A DNA stretch of 64,000 bases from Candidatus Wolframiiraptor gerlachensis (GTDB lineage: Archaea > Thermoproteota > Nitrososphaeria_A > Caldarchaeales > Wolframiiraptoraceae), in the NCBI GenBank assembly GCA_021323375.2, contig JAJPCT020000023.1, positions 1 to 64,000 on the forward strand. Reading direction: 5' to 3'. Positions 1 through 8,506 of this stretch are shown here, piece by piece (the first letter of the stretch is position 1; the number at the start of each line of letters is the position of its first letter). A program made the translations under genes and the position numbers. The notes below the pieces were generated by a model that worked only from the letters and a program-made list of their open reading frames with translations, was not told where the DNA came from and did not search any database.

Positions 1-1
1 A

Positions 2-811
2 TCTGAGGGTGGTGCTGAGCTCTTCGAGGTAGATTACTTTGGGAGGAGGGCTTATCTCAGGCAGGATCCACAGCTTCATAGGCAGCTTCTCATGGTGGCA
101 GGTCTCGACAGGATATATGATCTCGGGCCGAGCTGGAGGGCTGAGCCAAGCCACACCCCGAGGCATCTCTGTGAATACAGGTCATGCGCCGTCGAGCTAT
201 CATTCATAGAGAATGAGAGGGATGTGATGATGGTTGAGGAGGAGCTTGTGGCCGCCGGGATAAAGGAGGTCGTCGAGACATGCGAGGGCGAGCTTAATCT
301 ACTCGGGGTCGAGTTGGAGGTTCCCAAGAGGCCATTTCCTGTCCTCGAGTTCCCGAAGGTCTATGAGATCTTGGAGGACCTTGGGAAGAGGATCCCATGG
401 GGGGAGGATCTCGACCGGGAGGCTGAGAAGCTTCTCGCGGAATACGTGAAGGAGAACTATGACCATGACTTCTTTTTCATCAACAAGTTCCCGTATAGGG
501 TTAAGCCCTTCTACGTGATGAAGGAGGATGGGACCGAGTGGGCGAGGAGCACGGACTTGATAGGCGGCGGCCTCGAGCTGAGCTCCGGCGGGCAGAGGGA
601 GCACCGCTACGAGAGGATAATCCAGCAGATCGGGGAGAAGGGGCTGAATCTAGAAGACTTCAAGTGGTTTACCGAGCACTTTAGATACGGCGCACCCCCT
701 CACGGGGGATTCGCGATCGGGATCGAGAGATTGACTATGGTGATCCTAGGGCTTGAGAATATCAGGGAGGCGACGCCATTCCCGAGAACGCCTGAGAGGC
801 TCCTACCCTGA
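2..811 (+). CDS. aspS: Aspartyl-tRNA synthetase, C-terminal part (5'-truncated by window edge)
   Basis: Frame open from base 2 (SEGGAELFEVDYFG..). Class IIb motifs WRAE..RHLCE, ELSSGGQREH, PPHGGFAIGIERL, PFPRTPERLLP. Confidence 0.9.
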   Translation, partial: SEGGAELFEVDYFGRRAYLRQDPQLHRQLLMVAGLDRIYDLGPSWRAEPSHTPRHLCEYRSCAVELSFIENERDVMMVEEELVAAGIKEVVETCEGELNLLGVELEVPKRPFPVLEFPKVYEILEDLGKRIPWGEDLDREAEKLLAEYVKENYDHDFFFINKFPYRVKPFYVMKEDGTEWARSTDLIGGGLELSSGGQREHRYERIIQQIGEKGLNLEDFKWFTEHFRYGAPPHGGFAIGIERLTMVILGLENIREATPFPRTPERLLP

Positions 812-1373
812 AATCCCCACAATCCTGCTTCACGAGTACATAGATCTCGTCTCTAACATCCTCGGCGACTTGCAGGGACTCGAGATGCCAGTTCTTGAGA
901 TGCTCCCTGAAGAGCCTTAGCATGAGCGGCTTAAGCTCGATCCTCTTCTTCAGGAGTGTTATGATGATTGTGCCTCGTGAGACTCTCGCCATCTCCCTCA
1001 CCGCCCGCTCCGGGTCAAGCAGGTGGATCACAGTGAAGCATGCTGTTAGATCAGCGGCGCCGGATCTTATCGGGAGCGCATGCGCATCAGCCCGTATCAC
1101 CATCGCGCTGGGAGACCTATCCCTTGCAACTCTCAGCCTATCAGCATCCAAGTCTATTCCGATATAGATGTGGCGGAGGCCCAACATCTCCAGAAAGCGG
1201 GTGAGGAGGCCTGTAGCGCAGCCGATATCGAGCACGACTGGAGGCCTCCTAGAAGGCTGGGGAAATCTCCCGAGCGCCGCGGCATATTTCGCGACCTGCT
1301 CCTCGCCATAAAGCTCATCATAGCCCTCCGCTGGCACGTCGTAGAGCGGCTCCCCGCCGCCCATGCCCCCCAA
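762..1373 (-). CDS. Class I SAM-dependent methyltransferase
   Basis: VLDIGCATG motif I; GIDL; ADAHALP; REMARV. Confidence 0.85.
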   Translation of the reverse strand: MGGMGGGEPLYDVPAEGYDELYGEEQVAKYAAALGRFPQPSRRPPVVLDIGCATGLLTRFLEMLGLRHIYIGIDLDADRLRVARDRSPSAMVIRADAHALPIRSGAADLTACFTVIHLLDPERAVREMARVSRGTIIITLLKKRIELKPLMLRLFREHLKNWHLESLQVAEDVRDEIYVLVKQDCGDFRVGASQAFSGMASPP

Positions 1374-1425
1374 GATAATCGTTAGAGCAAGGATAATATC
1401 TAGGATTTTTCAAGGATATATTGCC

Positions 1426-1478
1426 GGCGATGATGAGTTTGCCGAGTTCGGAGTGGTGAAGTTAATAGGCCCTGAGCC
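1426..1478 (+). ncRNA. Archaeal box C/D 2'-O-methylation guide sRNA
   Basis: C box ATGATGA (1430-1436), 12-nt guide, D' CGGA (1449-1452), C' GTGGTGA (1453-1459), 12-nt guide, D box CTGA (1472-1475), GGC/GCC terminal stem; intergenic. Confidence 0.85.
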
Positions 1479-1600
1479 TCTAATTCCATGATATCTTCAA
1501 ATAAGACAAAGTCCTGAACTCTGGGATTACTATCAATGAGTGCTATTCTTCCGGCCCCTTATCCTCATCTCCTTACTCTCCCTCCCCTTCCTCGATTTCC

Positions 1601-1831
1601 TTAACCCCCCTTCCTTATCCTCACGAATCTAGCCCTACCCATGTCTTGTATATCCCCTATGATGAGTTTGACATCCTTGGTCTTGATAGTCTCTTCTTCT
1701 AAATCTTCATCCACCACCTGAACCCCGACACATGTGAATTTAGGATCACCCGGATCATCCAGATTAATGGCAAATCTTCCGTCATCAAGCTCCTCAACCC
1801 ACAGTTCCCCATGCTTAACCGGAATATTCAA
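1601..1831 (-). CDS. Small hypothetical protein (76 aa)
   Basis: TTG start overlaps the TGA of the upstream 48-aa ORF. GGAGG SD upstream; natural-looking composition. Confidence 0.6.
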   Translation of the reverse strand: MNIPVKHGELWVEELDDGRFAINLDDPGDPKFTCVGVQVVDEDLEEETIKTKDVKLIIGDIQDMGRARFVRIRKGG

Positions 1832-1974
1832 AAGCCCGTCAGCCCCTCCTCCTCAAGCTCCGGGATTGAGAACTTCCTCCTGACCTCCCTCTCGACGTAT
1901 TCCTTGATCAGCTTCTCCGGATAAAAGCCATCAACATGAAACCTCAACCTAACAAGATACTCAACCCACTCCAT
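1828..1974 (-). CDS. Small hypothetical protein (48 aa, MEWVEYLVRLRFHVDGFYPEKLIKEYVEREVRRKFSIPELEEEGLTGF); not in ORF track
   Basis: SD GAGGTG upstream of ATG; stop overlaps next start (TTGA); host-like codon usage. Confidence 0.6.
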   Translation of the reverse strand: MEWVEYLVRLRFHVDGFYPEKLIKEYVEREVRRKFSIPELEEEGLTGF

Positions 1975-2167
1975 CCGACCACACCTCAGAATCGAGATAT
2001 CCTAGGTCATGGGGGGCGAGGTCAGGTGTGGGGAGGACGTTCAGAGGATCCTGAGGAGCCCTCTCTAAGGGGTTCGCTGAATCCGCCGAGCCCGAGGGGG
2101 CGAGAGTATGGATGGAGGGAAAAACATGGTTGGTCTAGACCGCTGGAATAAATCCCTTCCCGGCCAT

Positions 2168-2262
2168 TCACATCACCTCGGCCACCGCCAGCAGTAGCGG
2201 CAACAACAGCAATAGCACAATAGCACAATCCACCACAGCAGCGGGTCAACCGGCCTCGGCAA
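2168..2262 (-). pseudogene. Tiny hydrophobic membrane-peptide gene frameshifted by an 8-nt tandem duplication
   Basis: SD GAGGGGGTG then TTG. AATAGCAC is duplicated at 2211-2226. Removing one unit gives MPRPVDPLLWWIVLLLLLPLLLAVAEVM*, whose stop abuts a following ATG with SD GAGGTG. Confidence 0.45.
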
Positions 2263-2357
2263 CCCCACCCCCTCAAACGCCGCCTCTTCCTCCCTGGGGG
2301 GCTCTGACCTCAGGAGGAGCAAGAAGCCTTTCAGGAGGAGTAGCAAAAACAACGTAT

Positions 2358-2480
2358 GCTGGCCGGCGGGCAGTAAAAGCCGGAGAGCCGGTGGCAGTGA
2401 GACACTACTCGCCACGGGCCCTCCCCGTGGTGGTTAGGGGCAAAGGCCTGCTGGCCGGCTACGATGGCCTGCCGGCCAGC
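2358..2480 (+). ncRNA. Uncharacterised structured element, copy 1 (candidate ncRNA or ssDNA structure)
   Basis: 14-bp outer stem 2358-2371/2467-2480, 6x6 internal loop, AGCCGG/CCGGCT stem, 7-bp stem with G-U pairs, three apical hairpins; homologous to 12433-12551. Confidence 0.6.
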
Positions 2481-2654
2481 CCCACCCCCCTTTAACCCCA
2501 TTTTTCTCCACGCGAGCCTCCGCTATTAAAACTCCCTTAACTTTAACAAGCCTCTAGCGTCGAGATTCAAGCTATAGCTTACTCAGCCTCTCATAACTGT
2601 TAAGAGTGAAGGTTTTACGGGAAGCCTTTGCCCCAGAAGCCCTGACCACACCTA

Positions 2655-3686
2655 TTAGGCCCGCCTGATCTCCTCCATCATGCCCGCTATTCTCGCTCCA
2701 AGCTCGATAGTCTTGGCCCTGCCCCCGAGATCCGGCGTCAGCACCTTCCCCTCCTCAAGGGTCCTCACAACAGCCTCGTTCACCAGCTTGGAGGCCTCGA
2801 GGCATCTCGCATCACTATATCTCGCCGCGAGCCATTCGAGCATCATCGCGGCCGAGAGTATCATGGAGATCGGATTCGCTATCCCCTTACCAGCTATATC
2901 CGGGGCGCATCCATGGACGGGCTCGAAGATCGCGTATTCATCACCTATGTTTGCGGCTGGCGCTAGGCCAAGGCCGCCTACAACCTGAGCCGACTCATCC
3001 GACAGTATATCCCCAAACACGTTTGTAGTGACTATTACGTCGAATTGCTCGGGCCTTCTTATAAGATCCATCGCCGCGGCATCAACATACATCTCGGAGT
3101 AGGCTACGTCCGGGTAATCCTTGGAAACCTCTCTACACGTCCTAGCGAACAAGCCACATGTAATTCTCATGACATTCGCCTTATGAACCGCTACAACCCT
3201 CCTTCTCCTCCGCCGCGCTAACTCAAACGCGTATCGCGCTACCCGCTCGCACCCCCTCCTAGTTATCAGCCTGATTCCTATCGCGACGCCGTCAAACTCC
3301 CACTCATATCCCTTGTAGAGATCCTCGGTGTTCTCGCGGACTATGACTAGGTCTATGTTGGGCTTGAGGGCCGGGACGTTGGGAAGAGATCTCGCGGGTC
3401 TTACATTCGCGTAGAGGTCGAACATCTGTCTAAGCCTCACTATCACATCAGCAGCCGTCTCGCCGACAGGCCCCTTCAAGCACGCATGAGAGTCTTTTAG
3501 GATTCTTATAGTCTCGTCTGGGAGAGGCGTCCCCGTCTTCTTCATGCACCCGTCTCCAGCCTCTGCATCCACCACCTCCAACTCTAGGCCGAGGAGCTCC
3601 TCAAGCTTGGAGAGGACTAGAAGTGTTGCTTCAGCCTGCTCCGGGCCTATTCCATCACCACGTATCAGGGCTATCCGGTATCTCAT
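2655..3686 (-). CDS. leuB: 3-isopropylmalate dehydrogenase
   Basis: GDGIGPE, RENTEDLY, HKANV, NVFGDILSD, FEPVHGCAPDIAG; operonic with leuC/leuD/ilvC. Confidence 0.88.
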   Translation of the reverse strand: MRYRIALIRGDGIGPEQAEATLLVLSKLEELLGLELEVVDAEAGDGCMKKTGTPLPDETIRILKDSHACLKGPVGETAADVIVRLRQMFDLYANVRPARSLPNVPALKPNIDLVIVRENTEDLYKGYEWEFDGVAIGIRLITRRGCERVARYAFELARRRRRRVVAVHKANVMRITCGLFARTCREVSKDYPDVAYSEMYVDAAAMDLIRRPEQFDVIVTTNVFGDILSDESAQVVGGLGLAPAANIGDEYAIFEPVHGCAPDIAGKGIANPISMILSAAMMLEWLAARYSDARCLEASKLVNEAVVRTLEEGKVLTPDLGGRAKTIELGARIAGMMEEIRRA

Positions 3687-3698
3687 GGCAGGCCACCG

Positions 3699-4193
3699 CT
3701 ACTCAAGCCCCAGCTTCTTTCTAACATATCTTGTGAGGCCGCCGGCGCTTATTATCTCAATGGCAAGGGGTGGGAGGGGCTTTGCCTGAACCCTGATCCC
3801 CCTCGTCTTATTCTCTATGACGCCGCTGAGTAGATCTACTGAGAGGAAATCTCCCTCGCTCACCTTATCCCTCAGGCTCGCCTCGAGTATCGGGAGACCG
3901 ATGTTTATCGCGTTTCTATAGAAGATCCTCGCAAATGACTCTGCTATAACACATTTAGTGTTTGCGTACTTCAGCGCTACAGGGGCCTCCTCCCTGCTGG
4001 AGCCGCATCCAAAGTTTCTGCCCGCAACTATTATTACGCCCTCCCTAGCCTTTTCTGGGAAGCTCGGGTCCAGGCCCTCCATCGCGTGCTTCGCCAACTC
4101 TGAGGGCTCCTGCAGGACAAGATATCTCCCGGGGATAATCACATCGGTGTCGATATTGTCTCCATACACGACCGCCCTGCCCTCAATCCTCAT
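3699..4193 (-). CDS. leuD: 3-isopropylmalate dehydratase small subunit
   Basis: DNIDTDVIIP, NFGCGSSRE, SFARIFYRNAINIG. Confidence 0.92.
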   Translation of the reverse strand: MRIEGRAVVYGDNIDTDVIIPGRYLVLQEPSELAKHAMEGLDPSFPEKAREGVIIVAGRNFGCGSSREEAPVALKYANTKCVIAESFARIFYRNAINIGLPILEASLRDKVSEGDFLSVDLLSGVIENKTRGIRVQAKPLPPLAIEIISAGGLTRYVRKKLGLE

Positions 4194-4195
4194 CC

Positions 4196-5452
4196 CTAAT
4201 CCACCTCCCTCGGGTCCGTTATCTTGCCCTTTATAGCTGACGCCGCGACCGTTGCCGGCGACGCGAGATATACCTTCGACTTGGGGCTACCCATTCTCCC
4301 GACGAAGTTCCTGTTAGCGGAGCTCACGCAGACCTCGTCATCAGCCAAGACTCCCCTGCTGATCCCGATGCATGGGCCGCATCCGGGGCCGCATATTATC
4401 GCCCCAGCCTTGATGAATATCTCGATCAACCCCTCCTTCAGGGCTTGATCATAGACCTCCTGAGATCCTGGGATTATCACGAGCCTCACGCCCTCCTTCA
4501 CCCTCCTCCCCTTCAGGATCTCGGCGGCGGCCCTGAGATCATCAAGCCTCCCATTAGTGCATGTCCCTATGAAGCCCTGCTGTATCTCTATGTCACCGAC
4601 CTCGCTAACGGGCTTCACATTATCGACTGATGGCGGGATCGCGACCTGGGGCTCCAGCCGCGATACATCTATCTCGTAGACCTTGGCGAACTCGGCATCA
4701 TCATCGCTCCTGATCGGATTTATGGGCTCCCCAGCCCTCTCCCTCACATATTTTATCGTCTTCTCATCGGGCTCGATTATCCCGGCCTTCGCGCCAGCCT
4801 CTATGCTCATGTTGCAGATCGTCGCCCTGCCATCTATTCCGAGATCTCTTATCGTCTGCCCGGAGAAGAGCATGGCCTTATAGTTCGCGCCCTCGGCCCC
4901 GATCATCCCAATTATATGGAGTATAAGGTCCTTCGCATAGACCCGCTTCTGGAGCTTGCCATTCACCTCGAATTTCAGGGTCTCTGGAACCCTAAGCCAT
5001 ATCGAGCCGGTTGCGAGGACCGCGGCCATATCCGTCGCACCTATACCAGTGGCGAAAGCCCCGAGAGCACCATATGTCACCGTATGCGAGTCTGCTCCAA
5101 CTATAAGCTCCCCCGGCTTGACATGGCCCTTCTCAAGCATCACGACATGGCAGACCCCTCCACGCCCTATATCATAGAAGTATCTTATCCCTTGCTCCCT
5201 GACGAAGTTCCTCACCTTCTTCTGAAGCTCGGCGGCCTTTATCGTGGAGGGCGGGACATCATGATCGAATACGACGATTATTCTCTCGGGATCCCAGACC
5301 CTCTTGACGCCGATCTCCCTGAACGAGTCTATCACCCTCGGCCCGGTCAGGTCATGCATCATTGCCTTATCCACCTTGGCATCAACGATCTGGCCCGGTG
5401 AAACCTCCTTCTCACCAGAAGCCCTCGCCAAGATCTTCTCGACAATATTCAA
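4196..5452 (-). CDS. leuC: 3-isopropylmalate dehydratase large subunit (probable TTG start at 5452)
   Basis: GADSHT, CNMSIEAG, GTCTNGR, CGPCIG (4Fe-4S), NRNFVGRMG. Confidence 0.92.
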   Translation of the reverse strand: MNIVEKILARASGEKEVSPGQIVDAKVDKAMMHDLTGPRVIDSFREIGVKRVWDPERIIVVFDHDVPPSTIKAAELQKKVRNFVREQGIRYFYDIGRGGVCHVVMLEKGHVKPGELIVGADSHTVTYGALGAFATGIGATDMAAVLATGSIWLRVPETLKFEVNGKLQKRVYAKDLILHIIGMIGAEGANYKAMLFSGQTIRDLGIDGRATICNMSIEAGAKAGIIEPDEKTIKYVRERAGEPINPIRSDDDAEFAKVYEIDVSRLEPQVAIPPSVDNVKPVSEVGDIEIQQGFIGTCTNGRLDDLRAAAEILKGRRVKEGVRLVIIPGSQEVYDQALKEGLIEIFIKAGAIICGPGCGPCIGISRGVLADDEVCVSSANRNFVGRMGSPKSKVYLASPATVAASAIKGKITDPREVD

Positions 5453-5518
5453 TCCCTCAATCCCCCGCCTTCCGACCCTCACACGATAATGGTGTTATTT
5501 CTAGTTATTTCTTTCTAG

Positions 5519-6505
5519 TTATCTCTCTAGGCCCGCCATTCTCCTAAGCCTTCTCCCCACAACCTCAAGCGGGTGGTTCTCCACCTGCCTCATGAGTTCC
5601 TCGAGAGTCTTTCTGCCGCTTTCATACTCCTTAATCCACTCCCTAGCGAAGCTCCCATCCTTGACGCGCCTTGCCGCCTCCCTCATATTCTCCTTTACAT
5701 GCTCGTCGATTATCTTCGGGCCGACGGTTAGCCCCCCATACTTCGCCGTATCCGAGACAGCCTTCAGCATCCCAATTAAGCCCCCGCGGTATATCAAGTC
5801 TATGATGAGCTTGGCCTCGTTACACGCCTCGAAGTATGCTAGCTCTGGTGGATAGCCCTCCTCGACTAAGACCTCGAAGCCCTTCTTTATCAGCTCCATC
5901 AACCCTCCGACCAAGACTGTCTGCTCCCCTATCAGATCGCTCTCCGCCTCATCCTTGAATGTGGTCTCGAGGACGCCGACCCTCGTCGCCCCTATCCCCT
6001 TAGCTATCGCGAGAGCCCTCTGCTTAGCCCTCCCCGTATAGTCCTGCTCGACCGCGATTAGCGCTGGGACGCCGCTACCCCTGAGGTAATTCTCCCTGAC
6101 TATTGGGCCGGGCCCCTTCGGCGCCACCATTATCACATCAATATATGGTGGTGGAATAACCTGCTTATAATGCACGCTAAAGCCGTGGGAGAAGCAGAGG
6201 GCCTTTCCTTCCGAGAGATTAGCCCGGATGTATTTCTCGTATATCTCCTTGTGGGCCATATCCGGGATGAGCATGTAGATTATGGTGCCTCTTCTCGCTG
6301 CCTCATCTATGTCATAGACCTCGAAGCCCTCCTCCCTCGCGAGCTTCTCAGACCTCCCGGGCCTGCACCCAATTATCACCCTCAAGCCCGAGTCCCTTAG
6401 ATTTAGTGCCTGATTCCTCCCCTGGCTCCCATAGCCTATCACTGCTATAACCTCGTCCTTTAGAATTGAGAGGTCGGCGTCCTCATCGAGATATACTCGA
6501 GTCAT
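5519..6505 (-). CDS. ilvC: Ketol-acid reductoisomerase
   Basis: [40 protein letters not shown]. Confidence 0.96.
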   Translation of the reverse strand: MTRVYLDEDADLSILKDEVIAVIGYGSQGRNQALNLRDSGLRVIIGCRPGRSEKLAREEGFEVYDIDEAARRGTIIYMLIPDMAHKEIYEKYIRANLSEGKALCFSHGFSVHYKQVIPPPYIDVIMVAPKGPGPIVRENYLRGSGVPALIAVEQDYTGRAKQRALAIAKGIGATRVGVLETTFKDEAESDLIGEQTVLVGGLMELIKKGFEVLVEEGYPPELAYFEACNEAKLIIDLIYRGGLIGMLKAVSDTAKYGGLTVGPKIIDEHVKENMREAARRVKDGSFAREWIKEYESGRKTLEELMRQVENHPLEVVGRRLRRMAGLER

Positions 6506-6552
6506 GGGTTCTGGACTGTGGAAGGCGACATAATAATATTTTCACCAAGAAA

Positions 6553-7059
6553 TCAGCCCTTTTTCTGGCTCTGGGGGGTCTGTCCCAGGCTGACTTGGAA
6601 CAGCTTGTTTATCGGGAAGTTTATGGCGAAGAGGCATAAAACATACCACATAAGATAATCCAGCTTGTTGCCGACGAAGGGGAGCATCATGTCGCCTGGC
6701 AGCGTCGCCACTACCTCTAGCCCGCCATATAATGGATTCAACACACCCAAGAAGACTATGTAGAATATCGCTATGCTTGCTATGAGGAGTATGATGTTCT
6801 TCTTCCCCACCTCGGCGTCTATCTTCCGATAATAGTCCCGTTTTCGCATCAGCTTCTGGAGCATCTTCTTGTCGCCCTTCCTCTGCGCCTCAAGCAGCAT
6901 TCTTCTGAATTTCTGGGACTCGGCCATCTTAGCCATATCCTCGGGCGTTAAGATCCTCCTCCTGAGAATGCTCGTCGTCAAGCTCACCGCGGCCGATATG
7001 AGGAATATCTCAAGCATAGGCTGCACCATGATTACCTCGATCACATTAGGGCTCTTCAA
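6553..7059 (-). CDS. DUF106 / EMC3-TMCO1 (Oxa1 superfamily) membrane protein
   Basis: TM-coiled coil-TM architecture, WY motif, conserved position after secY. Confidence 0.8.
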   Translation of the reverse strand: MKSPNVIEVIMVQPMLEIFLISAAVSLTTSILRRRILTPEDMAKMAESQKFRRMLLEAQRKGDKKMLQKLMRKRDYYRKIDAEVGKKNIILLIASIAIFYIVFLGVLNPLYGGLEVVATLPGDMMLPFVGNKLDYLMWYVLCLFAINFPINKLFQVSLGQTPQSQKKG

Positions 7060-7090
7060 GACAATATATTCTTTCCCGAGACCTCGGCAG

Positions 7091-8506
7091 CTATTCCCCG
7101 AGCAGCCTTCTGAAGACCGGGCTCATCTCCTCAAGCCTCTCCCTCAATAACAGCTCGTAGTATTGCATGAGGATCCCTGTCATTAGTAGTATTCCTATTC
7201 CCCCACCGTAGACGTTGAAGTAGTCTCCGAGGACCGCGATGAGGCCTACTATGATTGCGCTGAGGATCGTCAGCGTCCGGATATATCTCTCGAGCATTCG
7301 GGCGATCACGGCGGGCGCCCTCCTGAATCCCGGGACCTGCATTCCCGCCTTCACGAGCTGGTCGGCGATCCGATCTGGAGATAATCCTCCAACCTCAACC
7401 CAGAACTTCGCGAAGAGGACGCAGAACCCGAGCATTATTAACGCGTATATTACTGCTCTTAGCGGGTCCGCCGCCGCACCCTCAATGCCTCCGGGAGAGG
7501 TTACATAGTATGCTAGGCCTCCAAGCGGGACTAGGCCATGGTCTGTCGCGTTAAACGACCCGATCAGGTTCAGTATCGGGTCCTGGTTCGCGGGGTTGAA
7601 CCTGCTCCAGATTATCGTGGAGAAGAAGTAGATGTTCGTGAAGATGACAGATGTGAAGATCACGGGAATGTTGGAGACATAGAGGAACTTTATCGGATAC
7701 CTGGCAACATATCCCGAGACGCGGGCATGCTGAATCGGCACCTCGATCCTAAGCGATTCCAGGTATATTATGAGAAGGAGTATTGCTATTGTTGATATGA
7801 GGCCCATTAGGCCCGGGAAATGCCCCCTATGGAAGAGGTCCCCTATCGAGCCGTGGCCGGCTGCTGCTTGGCCGAGCGCTAGGATTATCCCCTGATAATA
7901 GCCGTCCGGCAGCATTATGGGGGAGAAGAGGTTCGTGAATATCGTCTCTGCGACTCCAGCCGCTATGAAGAGGCTCACGCCACTCCCAAGGCCCCAACCC
8001 TTCTGTATCAGCTCATCCATGAAGACTATCAGCATCGTCGCGGCCACTAGCTGGATGAAGACTATTGCCTGGATTGGTGGTTCGAGGTGTCCAAGCATCC
8101 CGGATACGGTGTAGACAGCCGCCTCCACGATTATCACGGCGATCGTGAAGAGCTTGCTCAGGGCTGTGAAGGTTGTTCTATCCTCGTGCTTTGAGAGGTC
8201 GAGTCTTATTATCTGTGCTCCGACAAGGAGCTGGAGTATAAGCCCGGCCGTCACGATGGGGCCTATGCCGAGGGTTGTGAGCGTGCCGATCCTCTGGGCG
8301 AAGATTATGCTCATGATTAGGGGGCTCTGGCCCGCGAGCCCAGCCGCCTGGGGGACTCCATACAACATCGTATGGCCCATGAGAGTGTAGATTACGAGGA
8401 CTAGGGCTGTCCAGATGAGCCTCTCTCCTAGGCTCGGCCTCTTAATGGGCCTTTTGACCTCGGGGAGATATTTCGCGATGCTCTCGACCACTTGTCTTAG
8501 GCTCAA
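7091..8506 (-). CDS. secY: Preprotein translocase SecY/Sec61alpha
   Basis: LGIGPIVTAG, KGWGLGSGVSLFI, YVSNIPVIF, VPGFR; multiple TM helices. Confidence 0.97.
   Translation of the reverse strand: MSLRQVVESIAKYLPEVKRPIKRPSLGERLIWTALVLVIYTLMGHTMLYGVPQAAGLAGQSPLIMSIIFAQRIGTLTTLGIGPIVTAGLILQLLVGAQIIRLDLSKHEDRTTFTALSKLFTIAVIIVEAAVYTVSGMLGHLEPPIQAIVFIQLVAATMLIVFMDELIQKGWGLGSGVSLFIAAGVAETIFTNLFSPIMLPDGYYQGIILALGQAAAGHGSIGDLFHRGHFPGLMGLISTIAILLLIIYLESLRIEVPIQHARVSGYVARYPIKFLYVSNIPVIFTSVIFTNIYFFSTIIWSRFNPANQDPILNLIGSFNATDHGLVPLGGLAYYVTSPGGIEGAAADPLRAVIYALIMLGFCVLFAKFWVEVGGLSPDRIADQLVKAGMQVPGFRRAPAVIARMLERYIRTLTILSAIIVGLIAVLGDYFNVYGGGIGILLMTGILMQYYELLLRERLEEMSPVFRRLLGE

Noticed and set aside
1936-2415. 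ORF-track calls 1936..2151, 2022..2276 and 2173..2415 as intact genes
   Set aside because: They overlap each other, have odd composition and run through the structured element or the frameshift. They are better explained as fragments.
2384-2422. Resemblance of AGAGCCGG...GAGA... to group II intron domain V
   Set aside because: The pairing and bulge do not fit domain V, there is no domain VI or reverse transcriptase, and copy 2 lacks the AGC triad.
2358-2480. H/ACA guide RNA or tRNA interpretation of the repeated element
   Set aside because: No K-turn/K-loop motif, the basal stem is too long for pocket-to-ACA spacing, and there is no T-loop consensus.
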